NCBI GenBank assembly: GCA_050952625.1
Contig: JBMNLH010000008.1
Span: 1 to 64,000, forward strand
Length of the DNA: 64,000 nucleotides
Direction: 5' to 3'
From: Bacillota bacterium
GTDB lineage: Bacteria > Bacillota > Ch66 > Ch109
Below the pieces are notes generated by a model. The model had not been told where the DNA came from. It did not search any database and saw only the letters and a program-made list of their open reading frames with translations. Positions within the stretch are counted from its first letter, which is position 1. Each line of letters begins with the position of its first letter. The translations under genes were made by a program, and so were the position numbers. Positions 39,851 to 50,979 of the stretch are shown here, in pieces.

Positions 39851-40191
39851 AAAGACGGCTGGGTCTTCAAAACTATGGTGAAGAATTTGACGGCCACCTG
39901 AAAAATAAGGACAATTCTACCTGGCGTTATCACAAACCGTTACTACATAATCAAACTCGCGGTTAATGAATTCCTCAATCCCTTTAGCATACTGTTGGGA
40001 AATATCAATAACCATCCTACTCATTGCTTTGATTGCGTAAGGGTTAACGGTTGAGGGATTGGTACCGGCACTGAAAACTTCATAAAAATCGCCCCGTCGT
40101 GCCCGCATTAATCCCTCAGCCATTTGCGATCTAGATGAATTTTGGTACAGAGAAATAAAACCGTTTTCTTTTCTCCTTGCTCAATCGTCAT
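39851..40191 (-). pseudogene. arsC: Thioredoxin-type arsenate reductase, frameshift + premature stop + 3' truncation
   Basis: VLFLCT/(-1)/NSSRSQMAEG...VVTVCDNAR*NCPYF..FEDP. Confidence 0.82.
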
Positions 40192-40194
40192 AGT

Positions 40195-40434
40195 TTATTT
40201 CTCCTGTTCAATATATTTTTTGATCGCACTCTTATTGAGCACTTTACCGGAGGACTTCACTTTCTCATTAATAACCAGACCGGGAGTAAGCAGAATCCCG
40301 TAGCTCATGATCTCCTTAAGATCACGGACATCATTGACCGTGGCATCAATCCCCATTTCCTGAACAGCCTCTCTTGTCACCTTTTCCAAGGCATGGCATT
40401 TGGCGCAGCCTGGACCTAAGATTTTAATCTCCAT
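40195..40434 (-). CDS. Small redox-active disulfide protein (MTH895-like thioredoxin)
   Basis: IKILGPGCAKC, YGILLTPGLVIN. Confidence 0.88.
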   Translation of the reverse strand: MEIKILGPGCAKCHALEKVTREAVQEMGIDATVNDVRDLKEIMSYGILLTPGLVINEKVKSSGKVLNKSAIKKYIEQEK

Positions 40435-40566
40435 TGCGTTTTTCCCCTTTCTTTGTTTCGTTTTCTCCAACTAAGCCATTCAGCAGCGTATAATCAGCTA
40501 GCTAAACTGTTATCAACTGACTAACTAGTCGAATTTTCTCTGTCCTGGAGTTCCTATTTTGCCTAC

Positions 40567-41739
40567 TTATCCTCTAAAGTACCCAAAAAGCATTCCTGAC
40601 AAGGTGGACATGACCACCACCAGGCAAATATACACCAGGGTTTTTTTAGTCCCCATGACTGATCTGATCACAATCATATTAGGCAGGCTTAAAGCCGGCC
40701 CGGCCAGAAGCAAGGCCAAGGCTGGGCCCTTGCCCATTCCGCTGCCCATCAGTCCTTCGAGGATAGGGACCTCGGTTAACGTGGCAAAATACATAAATGT
40801 CCCGACAATAGAAGCTAAAAAATTGGCGGCTAAAGAGTTTCCCCCTACCCAGTCTGCAATATAAGCGGCTGGAATAATACCAGTATCAAAACCAGGCCGA
40901 CCCATAAGGAAGCCAGCTACTAATACCCCTCCGAGCAAAAGGGGAAAAATCTGCTTGGCAAACCCCCAGGTGGACTCCATCCACTCCAGCATTTCTTCTT
41001 TGTCAAACCAAAGCTTCAGCATGATCGCCAGCATCAGGAAGAAAAACCCGGCTACGTACCAGTGAACCTGATATACGGCACTGAAAAATCCAACCGGCTG
41101 GGCTGGCTGCCCCCATGCAGCAAAAATAAGGATCAGTACCATGGTCAGGAAATAGACCGAGTACTGCCAGAGAGCTCGTTTTTCCTCCTCAGGTTGAGGC
41201 AGGTACAGGGCGGCCGCGGCTTTTTCCCTTTCTTCCCGGCGGAAAATCAGCTGCATCAACAAGCCGATGATAATCGAGAAAACTACCGCGCCGACCGCTC
41301 GGGCCACGCCCATTTCCAGGCCCAGTACCCGGGCGGTTAGAATAATCGCCAGGACATTTATCGCTGGTCCAGAGTAGAGAAAGGCGGTGGCCGGGCCGAT
41401 CCCCGCTCCCCGCGTATAGATTCCGGCAAACAGCGGCAGCACTGTGCAGGAGCAGACCGCCAGAACACTACCCGATACCGAGGCTACCCCGTAGGACAAG
41501 AACTTATTCGCCCCGGTGCCAAAGTACTTTAGCACGGAAGCCTGGGATATAAACACCGCAATCGCCCCGGCGATGAAAAAGGCCGGCACTAGGCAAGTCA
41601 GGACATGCTTCTGGGCATAATCCTGCAGCATAATGAAGGCTTCCAGGATCGCGGATTGCACGCGCGGATTACTGAGCGGGAGATAAAAAGCGATCAAGAA
41701 AGCACTCACCATTAAGAGAAATTTATAACGCTCTTTCAT
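40567..41739 (-). CDS. ArsP/DUF318 permease
   Basis: AVCSCTVLP, FLYSGPAIN, YFATLTEVP, GPALSLP. Confidence 0.85.
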   Translation of the reverse strand: MKERYKFLLMVSAFLIAFYLPLSNPRVQSAILEAFIMLQDYAQKHVLTCLVPAFFIAGAIAVFISQASVLKYFGTGANKFLSYGVASVSGSVLAVCSCTVLPLFAGIYTRGAGIGPATAFLYSGPAINVLAIILTARVLGLEMGVARAVGAVVFSIIIGLLMQLIFRREEREKAAAALYLPQPEEEKRALWQYSVYFLTMVLILIFAAWGQPAQPVGFFSAVYQVHWYVAGFFFLMLAIMLKLWFDKEEMLEWMESTWGFAKQIFPLLLGGVLVAGFLMGRPGFDTGIIPAAYIADWVGGNSLAANFLASIVGTFMYFATLTEVPILEGLMGSGMGKGPALALLLAGPALSLPNMIVIRSVMGTKKTLVYICLVVVMSTLSGMLFGYFRG

Positions 41740-41767
41740 CCTATCGTCTCTATCCTTCCTTATTCGA

Positions 41768-42136
41768 CTATCTTTCTTTGCATGCTTTAACTTTTTCGTT
41801 GCATTCCAGCTCTCCCAACCGAACAAATTCGTCCGAGAGGGCGGCTAACTCACCTAATTTCTTCATCATATAAGCCGTAAAAAGCTCAATTCGGCCGGCT
41901 CGAATAGTTTCATCCAGACTGTAATAAGATTTTTGACGTTCCTTGCGTTCCTTGACAATCCCCGCCCTCTTTAATACTTTCAGGTGTTGAGAAACCCGGG
42001 GTTGACTGATATTCAAGACCGCTTCCAATTCACAGACACAAAGTTCTTGATACGAAAGCAGCTTGACTATCTTGAGCCGAATTGGTTCTCCTAAAGCCTT
42101 AAACAGGATAGATATACTTTGAAGCAATAAACCCAC
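41768..42136 (-). CDS. arsR: ArsR/SmtB repressor
   Basis: FKALGEPIRLKI, ELCVCEL, SQPRVSQHLKVL. Confidence 0.88.
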   Translation of the reverse strand: MGLLLQSISILFKALGEPIRLKIVKLLSYQELCVCELEAVLNISQPRVSQHLKVLKRAGIVKERKERQKSYYSLDETIRAGRIELFTAYMMKKLGELAALSDEFVRLGELECNEKVKACKER

Positions 42137-42346
42137 CTCTTATAACTTTCTACTTATATTGCTAGTTTATTTTATAATATATTTCTTATATAACAAAGTC
42201 AAGCTATGATTAAGCAGAAACTGCCCGGTCTAAAATAATAAACGACTTGATTATTAGGGCTATTAGAAAGCAGAATTACTTGCAGATATAATTACATAAT
42301 ATTCCAAATTCCAAATAAATGTTGCAATCGTTTCATAAAAATAGGA

Positions 42347-42379
42347 AATAGACCGTCCGTAAAACACTAGACGGTCTAT
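42347..42379 (-). terminator. Intrinsic terminator of the fdh operon
   Basis: ATAGACCGTC...GACGGTCTAT stem followed by T-rich tail on the minus strand. Confidence 0.6.
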
Positions 42380-42413
42380 CCCTATTCTTACCCTTAATAT
42401 GCCTGACTTACTT

Positions 42414-43232
42414 CTACTTCACCCGCAAGTATGACCACCAGTAGAACCCAGCCACAAAGATCCCGCCGCCAACGATGTTGCCCAGGGTTACCGGGACCAG
42501 ATTCCCGACCAGGAAGTTACTCCAATTGACCACTGTATCTACCCCACCGGTGAGGAAGATCCCCATCGGCACAAAAAACATGTTAGCCACACTATGCTCA
42601 AAACCGCTCGCCACGAAGGCCATGATCGGGAAGAAGCAGGCAAAGATTTTCCCAATCACATCTTTGGAAGCCAGGGAGAGCCAAACCGCCAAACAAACCA
42701 GCCAGTTACAGAGGATCGCTCGGCAGAAAGCTGCGCCCCAGGGCAAGCTGCATTTGGCTGTGGCAATTCCTACTGCTTTTTCCATGACCGCGCCACCCAG
42801 GAGACCGCTGGCCATGCTGCCATCCGGCATCGCGTAATAAAAACCGTGAAAAACAAGCCAGACCAGCAGTAAAGAACCGGCAAAATTCGCCAGCCAGACT
42901 ACGGCCCAGTGATACAGAACGCCACCCCAACTAATCCGGCCATCCATCGCGCATATCGTTAAGAACATATTATTCCCGGTAAATAGTTCGGCTCCACCAA
43001 TAACAACTAACATCAGACCGACCGAGAAGACGGCCCCAAATAAAAACTGTCCCACCCCGGCTCCCAGTTGGCCGACATCACTACCCACGACAGTGGCCAG
43101 GTTGGCTCCGAATCCAATGTAGGCCCCGGCCAAAATCCCGAGCAGGATGATGCGATCCAGGGACAACTTCATCTTATTATGGCCAGCCCCGCAGGCGTTG
43201 CTGGCTACCTCTAAGGGTGAAAACATATTCAC
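42414..43232 (-). CDS. fdhC: Formate/nitrite transporter (FdhC/FocA)
   Basis: GAELFTGN, CNWLVCLAVW, GFEHSVANMF, VTLGNIVGG. Confidence 0.92.
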   Translation of the reverse strand: MNMFSPLEVASNACGAGHNKMKLSLDRIILLGILAGAYIGFGANLATVVGSDVGQLGAGVGQFLFGAVFSVGLMLVVIGGAELFTGNNMFLTICAMDGRISWGGVLYHWAVVWLANFAGSLLLVWLVFHGFYYAMPDGSMASGLLGGAVMEKAVGIATAKCSLPWGAAFCRAILCNWLVCLAVWLSLASKDVIGKIFACFFPIMAFVASGFEHSVANMFFVPMGIFLTGGVDTVVNWSNFLVGNLVPVTLGNIVGGGIFVAGFYWWSYLRVK

Positions 43233-43357
43233 GGTAAATTCCTCCCTAAGCTCATATACTGATTCATTGTTATTCTTCTTTAATTTCAGGCCATATTGTC
43301 AGCAGAATTTAATTACTTAATTAGCGGCTTCTTGGAAATAATCTCTGCGCTCGTTTT

Positions 43358-46060
43358 TTAACTCGCCTTTTCCACCCGCACCGCACAGACTTTAAACTCC
43401 GGAATTTTGGCCACCGGATCCAGAGCCGCATTAGTCAAGAGATTAGCCGCAGCCTCGGCGAAGTGGAAGGGCATGAACACCACCTCTTCCCGCACCCGGT
43501 TGGTCAAAAGGGCCTTGACTTTCAACTGTCCCCGACGGCTGGTCAACTGGACCATTTCTCCTTCTGTAATCCCCAGTTGCTCCGCTCGCACCTGGTTGAT
43601 CTCGACCCAGGCTTCCGGGACAAACTCATCCAGAGCTTTACTCCGCCGGGTCATGGTGCCGGTGTGGTAGTGGTAATAAGACCGCCCGGTAGTCAGGACC
43701 AGTGGATAGTCCTGATCCGGGTTTTCCGCCGGTGGTTTAAATTCAACCGGATGGAACTTGCCCTGACCTCGGGTAAATCTGCCTTTGTGCAGGTAACTGG
43801 TCCCAGGGTGGTCTTCCGCCGGACAAGGCCAGGGCAGTCCGCCGCCTTCCTCCAATCGCTGATAGGTTATGCCGGCATAGGAGGCGGTTAACTGCCGGAT
43901 CTCCTCAAAAACCTCTTCCGCAGAGGCATAGTGCATGGGATACCCCATCTGGTTGGCTAGGGCCATGATAATTTCCAGATCGGTCATGGCCTTCCCCGGC
44001 GGGTTGATCGCCTTCCGTACCCGCTGCACCCGTCGCTCGGTATTGGTAAAGGTCCCATCCTTTTCGGCAAAGCTGGCGGTCGGCAAGACAACGTCAGCCA
44101 ATTTTGCGGTTTCCGTCAGGAAAATATCCTGAACCACAAAGAAATCCAAATTGTTAAACGCCTTTTCCACGTGGTTTAGGTCCGGATCGCTAACCATTGG
44201 GTTTTCGCCGATCAGGTACATTCCTTTGATCCGCCCCGCATGAGTCGCCTCCATGGCCTCAGTCAGCGGCAGCCCTGGCTGAGCCGGCAAAGAATTGACT
44301 CCCCAAACCTGGGCAAATCGGGCCCGCACCTCTTCGCTGATTACCGGCTGGTAAGCGGTCAAGACATTGGGCAGCCCGCCCATGTCACAGGCTCCCTGGA
44401 CATTGTTCTGTCCGCGCAACGGATTAACCCCGGTTCCTTCCTTGCCCACGTTGCCGGTGAGCATGGCTAGATTGGCTGCGGACCAAACATTATCCACTCC
44501 CACACTGTGCTGCGTCAAACCCATACAGTAGACGATCGAAGCTCGCTTTGCCTGAGCGTACAGCCGGGCCGCCCGGATGATATCTTCCCCCGGCACCCCG
44601 GTAATCTCTGCGACGTACTCCGGGGTATAGCGGTCAAGCAGGACTTTTAATTCTTCAAAACCCTCGGTTCGCTCCTTAATAAATTCCTGATCCTGCAGCC
44701 CCTCTTCTAAAATAATCCGCATCAGACCGTTCAGCAGGGCCACATCGGTCCCCGGCCGAATCGGCAGATGAATTTCCGCTGACTCCGCCAAATCGACCCG
44801 TCGAGGATCCACGACAATTAGTTTTGTTTTTCCCTGACGAACCGCCTGTTTGATCTGCATCCCCACCACCGGGTGATTGCTGTAAGTATTAGAGCCAAGA
44901 ATAAGAATAACCTCAGCTGTCTGCAGTTCCTGAATCGAATTGGTCATTGCTCCGCTGCCAAATGCTGTCGCCAGACCGGCGACGGTCACGGAGTGTCAGA
45001 GGCGGGCGCAGTGGTCAACATTATTAGTACCCAGCACCGCCCGAGCAAACTTTTGAACCAGGTAGTTTTCTTCATTGGTAATCCGTGCTGAGCTCACCAC
45101 CATTAGCGAATCTGGTCCGTGCTGCACCTTGATCTCGCCTAACCGGCTGGCTACCAAACTCAAGGCTTCCTCCCAGGTAGCCGGCCGAAATTCCCCGTTT
45201 TCTTTAATTAATGGCTCGGTTAGCCGGTCCGGGCTGTTGATGAATTCCCAGCCATACCGGCCCTTGACGCACAGGGCTCCTTTATTGACCGGACTATGTA
45301 CCGGCGACCGATTTGAACTAACCCCCACTACCTGATTATCCCGAACATTCAACTCCAGGGCGCACCCCACCCCACAGTAACCGCAAGTGGTCAAAACCTT
45401 CCGGGTTTCCCAGCGTCGGGCCAAACCCTGTTCTGGACGATTGGTCAGGGCCCCGGTTGGACAGACCATCACACACTGGCCGCAAAAGATGCAGGTAGAT
45501 TCCGCCAAGGTGCCATCAATCCCGGCGCAAATGCTGGCCTGATGTCCCCGATTTTCCACATTCAAGGCAAAGGCCCCGGTGATTTCCTCACACGCCCGAA
45601 CGCACTTGGTGCACATGATGCATTTATTGTAATCCCGCACAATAAACGGGTTAGGGTCTTTAACCTCGTAACGGTAGGGACCGCCGTCCTGAAAACGACT
45701 GCCTCTGACCCCGTAACGGTAAGCATAATCCTGCAACTGACAATCCCCGGACTTCTCGCAAGTCAGGCAGTCCTGAGGGTGATTGGCCAGCAACAGTTCC
45801 AAAACCAGGCGTCGGGCCTCAACGACTGAAGGACTTTCAGTTTGAATAACCATCCCTTCCGCAACCGGGGTGGTGCAGGAAGTCGGCAAGTTACGCCAAC
45901 CTTGAATCTCAACGACACACATTCGGCAAGAGCCGACCAGGCGCAGCGCCGGGTCATAACACAGGGTCGGAATCTCGATCCCCTGTTCCCGGGCCACCTC
46001 CAGGATGGTCCGGCCGGGCTCTGCCTGTATTTGACGATTATTTATCGTTAGATTAATCAA
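43358..46060 (-). CDS. fdhA: Selenocysteine formate dehydrogenase alpha subunit (Mo/W-bisPGD), about 900 aa, joining track ORFs 44996-46060 and 43358-44989
   Basis: In-frame TGA at 44998-44996 in DHCARL-U-HSVTVAGL; N-terminal Fe-S domains; CGYCGVGC; LRGQNNVQGACDMG. Confidence 0.95.
44967..44983 (-). promoter_or_regulatory. Bacterial SECIS hairpin
   Basis: GTCGCC-GGTCT-GGCGAC starting 12 nt after the in-frame TGA. Confidence 0.8.
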
Positions 46061-46088
46061 CTATCTTTTCACTCCTTTAGCACTACGC

Positions 46089-47345
46089 TCAAGACACCAT
46101 CTTTAGCCGCGCCTCAAATTCAGACCGAAAGTGCTTGAGGAGGCTAATGATCGGGGTAGGGGCCGCCATTCCCAAGCCACAGAAGGAGGCTTTCATCATG
46201 AGGTCCAGCAGAGACTCCAGATTCTCCAAATCCCGAAAAGTTGCTTCTCCCCGGGCAATCTTTTTCAGAATCTCGTGACTACGGAAGGTGCCTTCCCGGC
46301 AGGGGGTGCACTTGCCACAGGATTCGTGTTTAAAAAACCCCATTATCGTAACGGCCAGATCCACCATATCCCGGGTTTCGTCCACCACAAAAACCGCCCC
46401 GGATCCCAGGGTCCCGCCAACGCCGGCCATGGATTCCAGATCAACCGGTGTATCCAGCAGGGCTTCGGTCAGGAAGGCCCCGGAGGTACCCCCAATCTGG
46501 ACTGCCTTGAACTGTTTGCCTCCGGCGACGCCGCCGCCGAAACCATAGACAATCTCCCGCACCGTGGCTGTAGTCGGTACCTCGCAGAAGCCCTTTCTCG
46601 CCACATCCCCGGTGAGGGTAAAAATCTTGGTGCCCGGGTATTTGGGGGCCCCGATTTCCTTGAAGGCCGCTGCCCCGTGTTCCACAATCCAGGGAATATT
46701 CGCCAGGGTCTCCACATTGTTGACTACTGTCGGTCGGCCCCACAAGCCGGCCACGCCGGGAAAAGGCGGTTTAAAACGGGGCTCGCCTCGTTTTCCTTCA
46801 ATTGATTCAATCAGGGCGGTTTCCTCGCCGCAGACATAGGCCCCGGCCCCCATCCGCACTTGAATGTCAAAGGAGAAGTCAGTCCCAAACAAGTTAGTTC
46901 CCAGCATCCCTTTTTCTCGGGCCTGGACAATCGCTTTTTTCAGCCGCCTGACCACGTATGGGTACTCTCCCCGACAGTAGATATACCCCTGGCTGGCCCC
47001 TACGGCATAGCCGGCAATGGCCATTCCCTCCAGGATTAACTGGGGATCACCCTGCATAATGGTTCTGTCTTTATAGGTCCCGGGCTCTCCTTCATCAGCA
47101 TTGCAGATGATATACTTCTGTTCAGCCGGGGTGTTCAGGGTAAAGCCCCATTTCACACCGGTATTAAACCCGGCCCCGCCCCGGCCGCGCAACCCGGATT
47201 CCTTAACTTCGTTAACTAAATCTGCTGGCTGGATGCTTAAGGCCTTTTTTAACGCCTGATAGCCGCCTCGCTGCAGATAATCTTCGATATTTTCCGGATC
47301 TATTAAATCGTAGTTTTTTAAGCAGATTCTTAATTCTTCAGTCAT
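46089..47345 (-). CDS. NuoF/HylB-like FMN- and NAD(P)H-binding subunit
   Basis: GRGGAGF, NADEGEPGTYKDR, GAGAYVCGEETAL, ESCGKCTPCREG..CGLG. Confidence 0.92.
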   Translation of the reverse strand: MTEELRICLKNYDLIDPENIEDYLQRGGYQALKKALSIQPADLVNEVKESGLRGRGGAGFNTGVKWGFTLNTPAEQKYIICNADEGEPGTYKDRTIMQGDPQLILEGMAIAGYAVGASQGYIYCRGEYPYVVRRLKKAIVQAREKGMLGTNLFGTDFSFDIQVRMGAGAYVCGEETALIESIEGKRGEPRFKPPFPGVAGLWGRPTVVNNVETLANIPWIVEHGAAAFKEIGAPKYPGTKIFTLTGDVARKGFCEVPTTATVREIVYGFGGGVAGGKQFKAVQIGGTSGAFLTEALLDTPVDLESMAGVGGTLGSGAVFVVDETRDMVDLAVTIMGFFKHESCGKCTPCREGTFRSHEILKKIARGEATFRDLENLESLLDLMMKASFCGLGMAAPTPIISLLKHFRSEFEARLKMVS

Positions 47346-47378
47346 AGTTCTCCTCCTGGATCGCTCTCCTCTTGTTTA

Positions 47379-47831
47379 TTACTGCTGCCGATATTTATTA
47401 AGTATCTCTTTAATCCTGACCGGGGTCAGGTCGCCGTAAGGTTCCCCATTAATGGTAATTACCGGGGTCCGCTCACAGGCACCCACACACTCGGTAGTCT
47501 CTAGAGTAAACTGGTTATCCCCGGTCGTCTCGCCCAGCTTGATTCCCAGTTCTTCCTCCAAGGTCTTAACCACCTCGGCCGCTCCAGCCACGTGGCAGGG
47601 AGCACTTTCACAGATTCGGATCACAAACCGACCCCGAGGTTTAACCGATAGATAGGAATAGAATGAGGCTACCCCATAGGCTTTAGTTACCGGAATGTTA
47701 AAGGCCGCAGCCAACCGTTTTAGGACATCTTCCGGTATGTATGAATACTCAGCCTGAACGGCGTGAAAAGCCTCAATCAACCCACCCGGCACTCCTTTGA
47801 ATTGAGCGACAATCGCCTCTACCTTATCCAC
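47379..47831 (-). CDS. NuoE-like [2Fe-2S] subunit
   Basis: CESAPC...ECVGAC. Confidence 0.9.
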   Translation of the reverse strand: MDKVEAIVAQFKGVPGGLIEAFHAVQAEYSYIPEDVLKRLAAAFNIPVTKAYGVASFYSYLSVKPRGRFVIRICESAPCHVAGAAEVVKTLEEELGIKLGETTGDNQFTLETTECVGACERTPVITINGEPYGDLTPVRIKEILNKYRQQ

Positions 47832-48382
47832 TTTCTAATACCACCCCCATTTTTAATAAATACTTTGAATTGAATGCATGAAACAATAAGGTTTCATGCT
47901 GGATACACGCTTAAACAAGTGAAAAAATCTTAATGGGTCGTCTTAAGTAAAAGACCATCTTATTATACAAATAAACTTCTTCAATTTCCATAGTATTTCC
48001 GATAGTTCTATAAAGAACTTAAATTAGCTAGACTTTTCACTTGTATTCACCTAAACCCGTATTATCTAAACAAACCGCTTTTTGCCTTTGCTTTCGTGCT
48101 AACGAATGATCCCAGCAACGATACCCGGTTTATCACTCGAAGCATTGCTAACATTCTAAAGCATCCGCTCATCTCTTAACTTTAGATTTAATATTCCCTA
48201 ATAAAGTCTAAGAAAACAAAGAAGTCAAAGATGTTCTGCTATATTCTCATTATTCTCATTGGAAATAGTCCCTCAAAAATAAAAACCTCAGACCTAATAG
48301 TCCAAGGCAGCAATTTTTCCTTATGTTCTGATTATTAATCAGTTTCTTTTGTTTGAGTTATGGCCAGAAAAAGAATGGTAAT

Positions 48383-49393
48383 CTAACAGATCCGAGGCAG
48401 AAGTTCTCCTTCCAGCATTCCCAGGATCCGTTCTGCTCCTAGAGAAGTTTCCATCAGCACCAGTCCAGCGGGACCCTCCCTGACTTCTCCGATAACGCAG
48501 GCCTCCCGTCCTTCGGGTAATTCCCGTATAGTTTGAAGCAACTCCGTTAGTTTCTCCGGAGCTACTACAGCCACCAGTTTACCCTCATTAGCCAGATATA
48601 GCGGATCCATGCCCAACATTTCACACCCGCCCCGAACCGCTGGGGCGACTGGGATTTGATCCTCCTCGAGCCGCAAACAGACAGCCCCCTGCTGGGCGAG
48701 TTCGTTAAGCGTCGTGGCCAGGCCACCGCGGGTCGGGTCGCGCATACAGCGCACGGCCTGCGGATCTACCCCCAGCAGGGCCTGGGCCAGCCGGTGAACT
48801 GAACCGCAATCACTCTCGACCGGGGTCGTAAAAGACAGCCCTTCCCGCTGAGCTAAAATGGCCAAACCATGCTCCCCGAGCATCCCGCTGACAATCACCT
48901 TATCCCCAGGCTGCATCCGTTTCGGAGAAAGATTGACCTCCGGCGGAATAAAGCCAATGCCAGCGGTATTGATAAACAATTTATCCACCTGACCCCGGCC
49001 AACCACCTTGGTATCCCCGGTTACTACTTCCACTCCAATTTGTGCCGCCGCTTGGTGCATGGAATCGACGATCCGCTTGAGCTCTGTCAGAGGAAAACCT
49101 TCCTCAATGATAAAAGCCGCACTCAAGTAGCGAGGAACCCCCCCGCTGACTGACAGGTCATTAGCGGTGCCGTAGACCGCCAGGCAGCCGATGTCTCCCC
49201 CAGGAAAAAAAAGCGGATGAATAACAAACGAATCAGTGCTAAAGGCCAATCGACCGCCCGGGGGTGCTTCCAGAATCGCGGCATCTAATAATTGATCCAG
49301 CCGGGGATTACTTAATTGAGCCCGAAAAACTTGATTAATCAGTTCATGATGCAGTCGGCCCCCACTGCCGTGGGCGAGAACGATGTGTTCCAT
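48383..49393 (-). CDS. hypE: Hydrogenase maturation protein HypE
   Basis: LAHGSGG, TDSFV, GDTKVV, RDPTRGG, C-terminal PRIC. Confidence 0.95.
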   Translation of the reverse strand: MEHIVLAHGSGGRLHHELINQVFRAQLSNPRLDQLLDAAILEAPPGGRLAFSTDSFVIHPLFFPGGDIGCLAVYGTANDLSVSGGVPRYLSAAFIIEEGFPLTELKRIVDSMHQAAAQIGVEVVTGDTKVVGRGQVDKLFINTAGIGFIPPEVNLSPKRMQPGDKVIVSGMLGEHGLAILAQREGLSFTTPVESDCGSVHRLAQALLGVDPQAVRCMRDPTRGGLATTLNELAQQGAVCLRLEEDQIPVAPAVRGGCEMLGMDPLYLANEGKLVAVVAPEKLTELLQTIRELPEGREACVIGEVREGPAGLVLMETSLGAERILGMLEGELLPRIC

Positions 49394-49477
49394 CTTGCTT
49401 CCCTCTCTCATCTTCTGCCACTAATTATAGATAAGTCATTAGTGAATAAATTAAACATTAATAATTAGTGTCCCTCG

Positions 49478-49505
49478 TGGGACAGAGGGACAGGTCAACT
49501 GTCCC
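49478..49505. repeat. Short REP-like GGGACAG...CTGTCCC palindrome
   Basis: GGGACAGAGGGACAGGTCAACTGTCCC. Confidence 0.5.
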
Positions 49506-49530
49506 GGTTAATACCCGAAAGTATCTTCAA

Positions 49531-49647
49531 TTTATCTGACTTCAAAAGACCCCTACTGCTATAAGTGGCGATTCCCTTGTTCAAACTTCAGGTGGGTCTA
49601 GTCTTCGCCTGAGATCCCGATGTTCAGCGAAGCTGGACGAGTTCACT
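49531..49647 (+). repeat. Dispersed ~120-bp repeat, copy 3
   Basis: Aligns with 21358-21474. Confidence 0.85.
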
Positions 49648-49734
49648 CGGAAAGAAAAACACACCGAGCTATTTATACTGAGCGGTTGTACTGACCGCGT
49701 TGGTGGTTAAACAGATAAAAAGACCTCAATGTCA

Positions 49735-50979
49735 TTAGCTAACGATGTTTCTCCCGCTCTTAACCAGCCCAAACCGATAGTACGCAGCACAAGCCCCTTC
49801 TGAAGAAACCATACACGGTCCAACCGGTCGCAATGGGGTGCAAGCTTGTCCGAAAGATGGGCAGTCACCCGGCAATTTTTGCCCCTTTAAGATCGCGCCG
49901 CAAATACAACGCTGACGGTTATTTTTATTGTCCCCAGGATTAATTCCGGCACCAATTTCAGCCTTATCTCCTGAATCTTCTGGTAATTCCACCATAGCGT
50001 CAGTTGATGACAGAACCACTCCTAGTTTCTGTGCCGCATCCCAGTCGGCAAATTCCGACCGCAGAGTTAGACCGCTCTCCGGGATAACTCCCAGACCTCG
50101 CCAACGCGCTGGGTTTGGCTGAAAAAACCGGTCCAGATATTCTCGGGCGATCGGATTTCCCTCCGGCCGTACCGCCCGCCGGTATTGGATATCCACCTGC
50201 CATTTCTTGGAACGATATTGCTGTAGAATCAGCCAAATGGCCTCCAGAATATCGATCGGTTCAAACCCGGTGATCACACAGGGGCGTTTAAATTCTTCAG
50301 CCACAAACCTAAACGGTTCAGATCCCAAAATAGTACAAACATGTCCTGGGTTAATCAGGGCATCAATCTTAACTTCTGGATCAGTTAGCAGTGCCCTTAG
50401 GGCTGGCGGAACCACCTTATGCAAGGATAAGACGGAGAAATTGCCCAACCCCCTCTGCCGAGCTTGTTCCACAACAACAGCGGTAGCCGGGGCCGTGGTT
50501 TCAAAACCAATCCCGATCATCACCACCTCAGAATCCGGGTTTTGCTCGGCTAATTGCAGGGCGTCCAGGCCGGAATAGACAACCTGAACCCGGGCCCCCT
50601 CGCCCCGTTTTTCCTGAAGGCAGCTTTGACTGCCGGGCACGCGAACCAGGTCACCATAAGTAGCAATTATGACCTCTGGCCGCATCGCTAAGTCAATGAC
50701 CGCATCTAAATCAACCGTATCCGTGACGCAAACCGGACAGCCGGGCCCGGACAAAAGCTTGATATTTGCCGGCAGCAGTTCCCGAATTCCACCCCGGGCA
50801 ATGGCCACGGTGTGGGTGCCGCACACCTCCATGAGCGTCAGCGGTCGCTCAAGCTCCCGGGCCTGGCTGGTTATGGCCGCGATAATTTCTTTGGCTCGTT
50901 CTTTTTGAACCTGGTTTAACAATGGATTAACGACCCCCTCAGGATACAAACTCTTTATCTTTTTCCGCCCATTCTTCAA
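49735..50979 (-). CDS. hypD: Hydrogenase maturation protein HypD (true start probably slightly downstream)
   Basis: MEVCGTH, GPGCPVC, GFETT, PGHV, GPCMVSSEGAC. Confidence 0.95.
   Translation of the reverse strand: MKNGRKKIKSLYPEGVVNPLLNQVQKERAKEIIAAITSQARELERPLTLMEVCGTHTVAIARGGIRELLPANIKLLSGPGCPVCVTDTVDLDAVIDLAMRPEVIIATYGDLVRVPGSQSCLQEKRGEGARVQVVYSGLDALQLAEQNPDSEVVMIGIGFETTAPATAVVVEQARQRGLGNFSVLSLHKVVPPALRALLTDPEVKIDALINPGHVCTILGSEPFRFVAEEFKRPCVITGFEPIDILEAIWLILQQYRSKKWQVDIQYRRAVRPEGNPIAREYLDRFFQPNPARWRGLGVIPESGLTLRSEFADWDAAQKLGVVLSSTDAMVELPEDSGDKAEIGAGINPGDNKNNRQRCICGAILKGQKLPGDCPSFGQACTPLRPVGPCMVSSEGACAAYYRFGLVKSGRNIVS

Noticed and set aside
44996-44998. fdhA as a pseudogene split by a stop codon
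   Set aside because: The TGA is at the catalytic Cys/Sec position and is followed by a SECIS hairpin
46131-46805. Long antisense ORFs over nuoF, hypD, hydrogenase and phage genes
   Set aside because: Shadow frames of well-supported genes on the opposite strand
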